Origin: Xylographa opegraphella
Taxonomy: Eukaryota
Direction: 5' to 3'
Length of the DNA stretch: 64,000 nucleotides
Assembly: GCA_022813865.1 (NCBI GenBank)
Contig: JALDZX010000015.1
Coordinates: forward strand, 248,001 to 312,000
Positions 55,929 through 64,000 of this stretch are shown here, in pieces. The position numbers and the translations under genes are program-made. The stretch's first letter is position 1; every line of letters starts with the position of its first letter. The notes under the pieces are model-generated. The model did no database searches and was not told the DNA's origin. It worked only from the letters and a program-made list of their open reading frames with translations.

Positions 55929-57496
55929 ATGATGTCGGAAAACCATCTCATCGGAGGCCTTAGTAACAGTACAGTGATTCACATTAATTCAGCCTTTGCA
56001 GTCAGGCCAGATCTGAAAAAAGAAGTCGGTGACGCCGTGGGTACGTTACTTCGGATGCTTGAACATATACTACTTATGTAAAACTAATGCATCCACCAAG
56101 CGACTTACCCTCGGCTTTCGAATCTCTTCGTTGATATCTCTAAATATATTTGTGGGCTTCGAGTAGAAGCAGGAGCTGGTGTGTTCGCAGATGGACCCGT
56201 CACAAAACGAAGAAAGTTAAATGGCAGCGACAGCCGGGAGAGTGAGAGCGGCTTGCCAAATCGCTCAAATGGCACAAAATCGGAAGTTATGGAGGCAGAT
56301 TGGTCTCTAGTACCTGCAATTGAGGCTTCATTCTCGGTTCCCCAGCGCAAGAAACTGCTCTTACAGGTTTCGCGGGACAGAACTGAGGGGATCAGAGCTC
56401 TAAATCCCAGTAACAAAGGGGTAGAATTCGGTCTTCGGTGGAGAGAGATAGGTGAACACTACTATTACAATTGACTTTGCCCCACATATACTAATGTAAT
56501 TCGAAAAGAACATTTCATCTGCCTGCCAGTTCCAGAAAAGGCGCAAGCAACCTACAGCTTTTGCGTGTTTCCTACCTTTGGAGATGGAGTGAGCAATACG
56601 CCGGACAATTCGCCTCTTCAAGAATCCATGGTGTGGACTGTACCAGAAGTCAAGGCCAAAGATGCGACGGACAAGCCCAATTACAGACAAATTGTGATAG
56701 ATGCCGCTGCTTCGGTCAACATAAATGTGATTGAGCCGAATGCGGATGAGTTTGAGAGTCAGGTACAGCAAGCCCTGCGCAAGGGCGAGAAATCATATCA
56801 CGTGAAGGCGTTTCGTGGCAGTAAAGATGGTCAGTCTTCTCATGATATACCACATCCGCCCCTACAAGTTTTGGGTTGAATTCTATCGATCTTTGGTAAC
56901 ATTACGACTGAATTAACAATTTTTGCTTGTTAGGTTTTCTCTACTTTCTCTCCACTGGAATAGTCTGGGCCTTCAAGAAACCGCTCTATTTCTTCTCGTT
57001 CCCCACAATTGCCTCGATATCTTACTCCTCTGTCCTCCAGCGTACTTTCAACCTCAACATCACCACTCAGACGCCCTCGCTCTCTAATCCGTCGGACACA
57101 CAAAGTCAAGACTTTGAATTCTCCATGATCGACCAGGCCGACTTCGCAGGCATAGACGCCTATATCAAGCGGCATAGCCTCCAAGATGCCAGCATGGCGG
57201 AAGCGCGGAGGGCGAAAAAGCTAAATATCAATGGGACGAAGGGCGAGAAGGATGCAGCTGATGGCGAAGGGGAGAGGGAGAGCGAATTGGAAAAAGCGGC
57301 GCGAGAAGTTGAAGGCAAAGAGGGGCAAGGAGCGGAGGACGATGAGGATGAAGAAGATGATGAGAACTTCGATCCTGGGAGCGAAGGAGAGAGTGAGGGT
57401 AGTCGGACAAGTGATGATGAGGACGATGAGCAGGGAGACGGGGATAGAGAGGCGAGGGAAGAAGAAGGGGGCGAGGATGAGGAGGAGGAAGACTGA
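55929..57496 (+). CDS. RTT106: Rtt106-like histone chaperone (PH domains, acidic tail), 4 exons
   Basis: [11 protein letters not shown]..; [81 protein letters not shown] tail. Confidence 0.85.
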
Positions 57497-57811
57497 TCGA
57501 GGAACACCAGGTTGTGTGCAACATTGCGTATTGATGTAACGTATATGTATGATCACCTATCATCTTATTCTGGTTGTGAACCCAGGACGTCATTTTCGAG
57601 CATATCTGAAAGATATGTCAAGTCGGTACACAAGGAAGCCGACATATGCAGTATGGAGCCTATCACTAACACGATAGCTATTTCAACGCCGCTCGCTATG
57701 CGTAAAGGTATCCCTTCGTGTAAGGATCGCACGGTTTGAATACTCGCTACGAGCCGGTTGATGGCCCACTATTTCTGAAAACATATGCCAGTAGTTTCAC
57801 TCATGCTTCAT

Positions 57812-60464
57812 TTATTTCTCCATCTGCTCCACTGTTCTTAATATCAGAGCCCGAACATCGCTACTGGTGCCTTGCTGGAGCACGTAATCCAGAATGAAGT
57901 TTCTGCTAGCCCTCTTTTGCAACAATAAGATACGCTGCGCGTATTCCGTGACGGGGGAAGAGTCGATGCTTCGATTCGGCGTCCAGACCCCCTCGTCGGT
58001 GCCATGCTCAGTCACGAAATCCTTTAAGCGAAGCATACCTTGTCCCGCAAGCCAGCGCTGGTTCCGCTGGTCATCGTACGGCTCTGGTGTGCTCTCTTGT
58101 TCTGCATGTGTACTCTCGCTTCGTGATATCGGTTCAGATGCTGGATTGTTGCTGTTCCCGATAGTGTCGAAGAGATTGTCGAGTTGCTCCGCATCAAGCC
58201 CCATTAATGTCTCAATGCTGCCTCCCGTTCTAAATAGCGCAGCTACTTGTGCTTCTTCTAGGGCTCGGTGTTCAGGGGAGATGTTTTCCTCCTCGTCCTC
58301 TTCATCATCTCCATCTTCTCCATTGTGACGACTTTGAAGCTCGAGCATTCTGACGGTCCGTTGTGCTATTACCTCCGGTGGCACTCCGAACCTCTCGACT
58401 AGTTCTCGGATCTCTTCCTCAGTGTGTTCTTGCACTTCGTTAGAACTAGAAGTGCTGCGAGTTGTAGAAGCGCCAAGCCACGGTAGAAAGCGAGTGAAGA
58501 AGGCCTCAAGGCCATGCAGCTCTTGAACTTCGTCGACTTGTTGATTAGTACTCCTTGTAGGAGTGTCTGCATGTCTGCTTGCGGTAAGGTCGATCTCACC
58601 GTCATCCGAATCCGGTCCGGTTGTAGTATTGTACGATATAACGCTATCCTCTGGTGGCAGTACATCGTATGATGACGATGTTGCTGTGGTGAATTCTCTA
58701 GGAAGGAGTGCAATCAAGCTTGGCATCTCTGAGAGTAAGACATGCCGAGCTTCATTTATCCTGATCTCGTTATTCATGATGATAGGATAGGGCTTTGCCT
58801 CAGCCGACTCAACCACTTCTACCAGCAGTGATATTGCTTCTGGAGTGTTCCAGAGGTCTTTGGCACGACTCACATAAGCCTCGCACTCTAGCTTGTCACG
58901 TGGCCCTTTCGCCTCAGATCCCCAGATGGACTTGGGGATATGACCTATATTAAGCTCTTTAAAGAGTCGTGCGAAAATCCAAGGGTAATCTGTGACAGCT
59001 GATCTCAGCGTTTTTCGGCATGCTTCTGGTCGCTTTAATTTATACTCTGCTAGAGCAAGTGATATCTCAAGATTCGGACACCGTTGGTTGGTTGCAAAAA
59101 GACTTTGCAAAGTTTGAGTTAAGTCGATGAAACTTTGAAATTGGGCACTTCTGATCGCCAATTGATCTAGTATCAGATGGATTCCGTATGGGTCTTCCTC
59201 TGGATCAAGACTGAGTATTAGTTTGGCCCATTCGTAAGCAGTTCGCCACGTCCCACGCTGTCCGAGATTTTTGATATAACGCCAGGCAACAAGCCAGAAT
59301 TCTCTGTTTTCTGGTCGCCGAAAATCTAGTCGAGCTTTTCCTTCAGCCATGGTTGTATGGAAGGACGAGTGCACAGAGCGACCAAAAGAAAAAAGAGCCC
59401 TCTCCAGTAATTCTCCTGCGACCGAGTGGTCGCCTTGTTGCTCCGCTATCTCCGACACTACGAGCAGTGTAGATATATGATAAGCTACAATTCCATTAGT
59501 CATAGTATATAAGACGGACAGAACTCATCGCACGGTTATATTGTAAAAGCTGTATCATCCTTTGTGGATCCATTGACTCAACGCACGCATGAAATTGTTT
59601 CTGCACATCTTGATATATAGAATTGTGTACAAAGGCATATTCGGTAGTTAAGTCCCAAGGCTTATCAACGACGATCATACCCAAACCTCCACTTGTAGCT
59701 TTCGGCCAGCTTTCTTTCCCAATCATGAACACGTTTCGACGCAGTGCTAGTCCAACAAGCCCTTGGCCCCTTGAGACTGGGCTGTTCCGTGCTGCCAATG
59801 CTCCCCCGAGGTCAAGTTGTCGTCTGCCTCGTTCGCGCCTTCGGCCTTGCGCAGGTGCTCCAGCTTCTACATCTTCATCTTCAAGGACCACGTTTCCAAA
59901 TAATCTTTTCATTTCGTTGAGAGCGTTGAGGTATTTGGTGTCCGTTGCCAGTAGCTGGTAAAGTCTTTTCAGTTCCTCGCTAGGCCGCAACTTCTCGCCA
60001 TCTAGCTCATTTGTACTAGACGTCTTGTTTTTAATTGATAGGAGAGCAAGGTCAATGTCGTCTAGATTAGCTTGATTTTTTGGAGTCTGCGGCTTAACGG
60101 ACTTCTCGGTCGCTTCACGCTGTTTCTTCTTCTTGCCCTTTTTCTTCTTTCTACTCTGAGATGGACTTTGATCTTTAGTGTTAATCGATGAAGCAAGACC
60201 TTGTTGAGGGTCTTCATCTGCGCCGGTAATTCGCGCTTCGTCTGTCTGACGAGAAGTTTCTGTGTCTTCGGGATCGGTTTCGCCACCTTCTTCGTCGGCG
60301 TATGCATTCAGCATATCAAAGGCATTTGGTTTGACAGTTCCCCGAGGCAGCTGATCTACAAAATTATCTTCTTCATCTTCATCATCTTCATTTCCCTGAA
60401 GGTCAGATACCCGTTTTTTCTCGTCCTCTTCTCTCTGTAACTTCCTGAGAGCTCTAGAAGACAT
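57812..60464 (-). CDS. RQC1: TCF25/Rqc1 (DUF654) ribosome quality-control protein, 2 exons
   Basis: MSSRALRKLQRE; LNALNEMKRLFG; WPKATSGGLGM; N|PYHISTLL; RLDFRRPENREFWL; GQRGTWRTAYEWAKLILSLDPEEDP. Confidence 0.9.
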
Positions 60465-60758
60465 TTCCACAACGAACCAAAATTTTTGCCTCTTGAATAA
60501 CAACAGAGGTTTGAGCGGTTACAAGGACACCGAGTGTTAGGTCAAAGAGAGCTCCATTCCAACGATGACGCAGAATATCTCAAAGTTTTAGAGTTTCCAG
60601 TTAAGGTACGCAGTATGTTTACCTGGGTTGTTTATCTCATGCGCTAAGCCCTAACCATCCGCTGATCTGTGCACGACACGCGATCCAATCTACGGTTTAG
60701 ACATCAGTCACCGTGCCTCGTATACACACTATCACACGGTGTGCTGCCGCCCTCTCAA

Positions 60759-62725
60759 ATGCGTCGAGCAGCTATTCAAGCCTTTCGTACTGCTCGTCGT
60801 GCTCAGGTCCGAAGGCACTGCAGCTGGAAGGGATTTCCCCTCACGTCATCGAACCATGTCTTGCGACTCCGTAATAACTCGGATCTACAGAGGAAAGACC
60901 AGTCTCTAATGATCTTGGAATCATCGATGTACTTCCGCAATTTCTCTGTCGCCTTGGTCTCGGCTGCAGTTGCATCGGGAGTGTGGTTCGCTTTTCAGGG
61001 GAATCCAGTATCAGAAACGGGAGCCTTGACTAATATCACGAGTTCGTCAAGCTCGAGATCAATACCAGGATATTTTGGTACAAGCAACGCATTACAGAAC
61101 TCTCAAAAATCGGAGATAGGTATTGCTACGGCGGACCAAGCTGCCGAATCAACAAGACGTGCATTGGTAGTAGAGAACGGCCAATTCTTCACTGGTGACA
61201 TAGTGGGGGACCAGCCGCTAACCAAAGGGACTGGTGACGGCCGTTTGGTGGTTGAGATGTATACACCTGAGCAAGCGACCGAAAAGCTTAGACAAAATGA
61301 AGAATCTTATGCCGTTGGACGGGGCCAAGGTGTGGTCCGATACGACGTTGTGCAGTTAGCAAGCAACCTTCCTATAGAAGACGACCATGCTGAGAAGATT
61401 GTCGCCGTCCCACAAGATATAACTACGCCCGGCGGAACATCGCCCTCTGATTGGATGTTCTGGGGTGTGTTTGACGGCCATAGGTCGGTATATCCCTCCT
61501 TCAAGACCTTACACCGCTAATAAAGAGAGTTTTAGTGGTTGGCCAACTTCTGCTAAGCTTCGTCAGGTTTTGATTTCTTACGTGGTACGAGAACTAAATG
61601 CTACCTATAAAGCTGCTCTTACAAACCCATCGGTCACGTACCCATCCTCAGATTCTATCGACAGAGCAATCAAGAGTGCCTTCTTACGTCTAGATCACGA
61701 AATCGTCCACGAAAGCGTTGAGAAAGTTACGAAGACGGGGAATTCGAAACGTGTAGCTGCCGAGCTTCTAGCTCCAGCGTTATCAGGGTCGTGTGCCTTG
61801 CTTTCCTTTTATGATAGTAGATCCAAACTTCTCAGGGTGGCTTGCACCGGAGATTCGCGGGCCGTTCTTGGAAGACGAGGGCCTAGCGGTAAATGGAATG
61901 CCATGCCGCTCTCCGAAGATCTCACCGGTGGTACGCCTTCGGAGATAGCCCGGCTTCGAGCGCAGCATCCGGGGGAGGAATATGTTACGCACAAAGGAAG
62001 GATCTTAGGTGGACTCGAACCAAGCCGTGCTTTCGGTGATGCCATCTACAAGTGGAGCAGGGAGACGGCATTGCGTATGAAGTCGGACTTCTTCGGTAGA
62101 ACTCCGTCGCCGTACCTCACCACACCACCATACGTGACTGCGGAACCCGTGGTTACCACTACCCAAGTGGAGCCCAACAAGGGAGACTTCCTAGTGATGG
62201 CAACCGACGGGCTATGGGAATGCTTGACTAACGAAGAAGTAATTGGATTGGTCGGCCAGTGGATGGATACTCAATCACATGACGCCCATGGCGGATCAAT
62301 CAAGGGCTGGTTCAGTCACACCAATAACTTATTGCCCGTGGAAAAGACTAGTTTAAATGGGAAGAAAGGAGATGGTCAGCGGGCGCCGATACGACAGGAT
62401 CAGTGGCACGTTGGCGGCGGTGACGAACGCTTTGTTGTGGAGGACAAAAACGTGGCTACGCATCTTATCAGAAACGCGTTGGGAGGAAAGGATAGGGACA
62501 TGGTCTGTGCGCTACTGGCTCTTCCAAGCCCGTATGCACGACGCTACAGGTAAGCCCGGCTCTTTATTTGGTGGACACTTCCATTCTTCACTGGTCTAAT
62601 GATCATGTAGGGACGATCTCACGGTCGAGGTTATCTTCTTCGGCGAAGGTGACAAGAGCGGAAGCGTGGTCCCAATAGCTGAAGCTCACGCCTCTTCGAG
62701 GGCGGATATCAAGGCAAAATTATGA
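60759..62725 (+). CDS. PTC5: PP2C pyruvate dehydrogenase phosphatase Ptc5 (3 exons)
   Basis: Arg-rich presequence plus TM; SNLPIEDDH, FWGVFDGH|SGW, SGSCALL, VACTGDSRAVLG, LEPSRAFGD, MATDGLWE, RDDLTV; ends KAKL*. Confidence 0.93.
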
Positions 62726-63492
62726 ATATAGACATTGGAAGTGTTGGAAGCCATGTTTCATGATTCTTCGTGCTGCATTTTTTTTGATACCCCTTGCTAT
62801 TAAGAAAGCTTAGCATTGGAGCGTACATTGCATTGGAGTATTCATACAAGGTCTAGACTAGGATTGAAACCAATTACGGCTTGCGGACGTCTATTCGCAC
62901 TCGCTACTTCTGTCATCTGGTTGAATTGGGCCTCGGTGTCCATGCTTGACGCCGGTACTTGTGATAGCTCAATCTCGTAAGTGGCCTCTCTCCTTGCCAG
63001 CTTCAATGTTCGTCGGGCCTCTTGCCTTTATGCACACGACATGTCCTCTGGTCTGGATATACTCATGATAACCAATGCCGTGCCAGATGATGCTGTACAA
63101 GGAGTGTAAAGGCGCATTGTGCTTCCTTCGATGCGCCCTAGGTGTGCCTTGTAACTCATGCCCTCTCTTGACGCCTTTCCACTTCTAGTCTTCCTTTCTT
63201 TTAAGCCTCTATTCTTCGGGCCTTCTTCTCTTTCGATTCCATCAGCTTGTCGAAGATCTTAGTTTCCCTTGAGCATTGCTCTGTTGAAATGCAATCTTAC
63301 GTCGAAGAAGAATCAATCAGCTGGATATGGGCAGTCACTCTGAGAGCGTGCTTGCCAGACCATGGTTCAGTAGACTTGTGATATAACTACTCAGCTTGAT
63401 TTGCAGTCATCTGTAGTCGGCTTATCACTATTTCGACGAAACTTCTGCGCAAGGCCAAGCTATTTATTGATTCCACATGGTTCAGCAGTCAT

Positions 63493-64000
63493 TCAGTTCC
63501 CTGCGGCTGGCTGCTTGGCACCAGGGGCCTGCACTACAGGCGGGATAGGCAGGAAAGATTCCAGTATCATAGTTTGACCCAGAATTGTCAGAGAGCTGGC
63601 CATCCAATAGATGAGCATGGCGCTCGGAAGATGCAGCGTCAGGGGACCTATCGCAAGTACCACAATCTTGGAGATGCGAGACCTTCGAATTTGCCACTTC
63701 GAAAGCACGCCGTATCTGCTCAAAGCTCTTCGGTCCTGCTGCACGATCGTGGCCAAGAAACAAGCCGAAAGTGCAAATGGCAGAATTAGTATAGGATCTG
63801 GCACAAGAAGGTCCGGAAACCAGAGACCGCCTTCAAAAGCCATTGACGGCTCTATATATGTAGAGATGACATCCTCCTTCACTGGAGAAAGTGCCGCTGT
63901 AGCTTCGTCTGCTTTGGGTTGTTCGAATGACTTTGCAATCAGACCCAGCAAGCCCTCTTGAGTTCCGCACATTCGCCTGATCGTTTCCATAAAAACAAGC
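63493..64000 (-). CDS. COX18: Oxa1/YidC-family mitochondrial insertase, Cox18-like (3' part; 5' end outside the window)
   Basis: ETIRRMCG; EPSMAFEGGLWFPDLLVPDPILILPF; PSAMLIYWMASS. Confidence 0.8.
   Translation of the reverse strand, partial: LVFMETIRRMCGTQEGLLGLIAKSFEQPKADEATAALSPVKEDVISTYIEPSMAFEGGLWFPDLLVPDPILILPFALSACFLATIVQQDRRALSRYGVLSKWQIRRSRISKIVVLAIGPLTLHLPSAMLIYWMASSLTILGQTMILESFLPIPPVVQAPGAKQPAAGN

Overview
Eukaryotic, gene-dense, intron-containing DNA from a filamentous ascomycete (Pezizomycotina-type genes and GT..CTRAC..YAG introns; species not determinable). About 30 protein-coding genes, mostly conserved housekeeping genes in short divergent pairs: CUB1/UPF0662 (partial), RPP1, PQ-loop transporter, Mid2-like sensor, MDM34, DUF1682/CCDC47, PPR-like protein, PLAC8, pirin, MDL1, CDC37, CLC1, RTT103-like, TLG2, calmodulin, MED20, nudE, ferric reductase, crzA, kelch membrane protein, ATX1, DERA, RTT106-like, RQC1, PTC5 and COX18 (partial). 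No rRNA, intact tRNA, CRISPR array or transposase gene was seen. The most unusual items are: (1) a ~3.6-kb accessory island (39.9-43.5 kb) bounded by two ~200-bp AT-rich, inverted-repeat-ended elements and carrying an intronless secreted-protein gene split by a single in-frame TGA; (2) a Pol III-like unit at 55.4-55.6 kb (A box, B box, hairpins, T6); (3) GC-rich islands where the sequence flips sharply from C-rich to G-rich, including in introns and synonymous sites; (4) a ferric reductase whose two introns (one GC-AG) are both in-frame and stop-free, with an SreA-type motif upstream; (5) two small genes the ORF track misses or mis-starts (a Cys/His microprotein and a spliced secreted protein). 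All product calls come from recognising motifs by eye; no searches were run.
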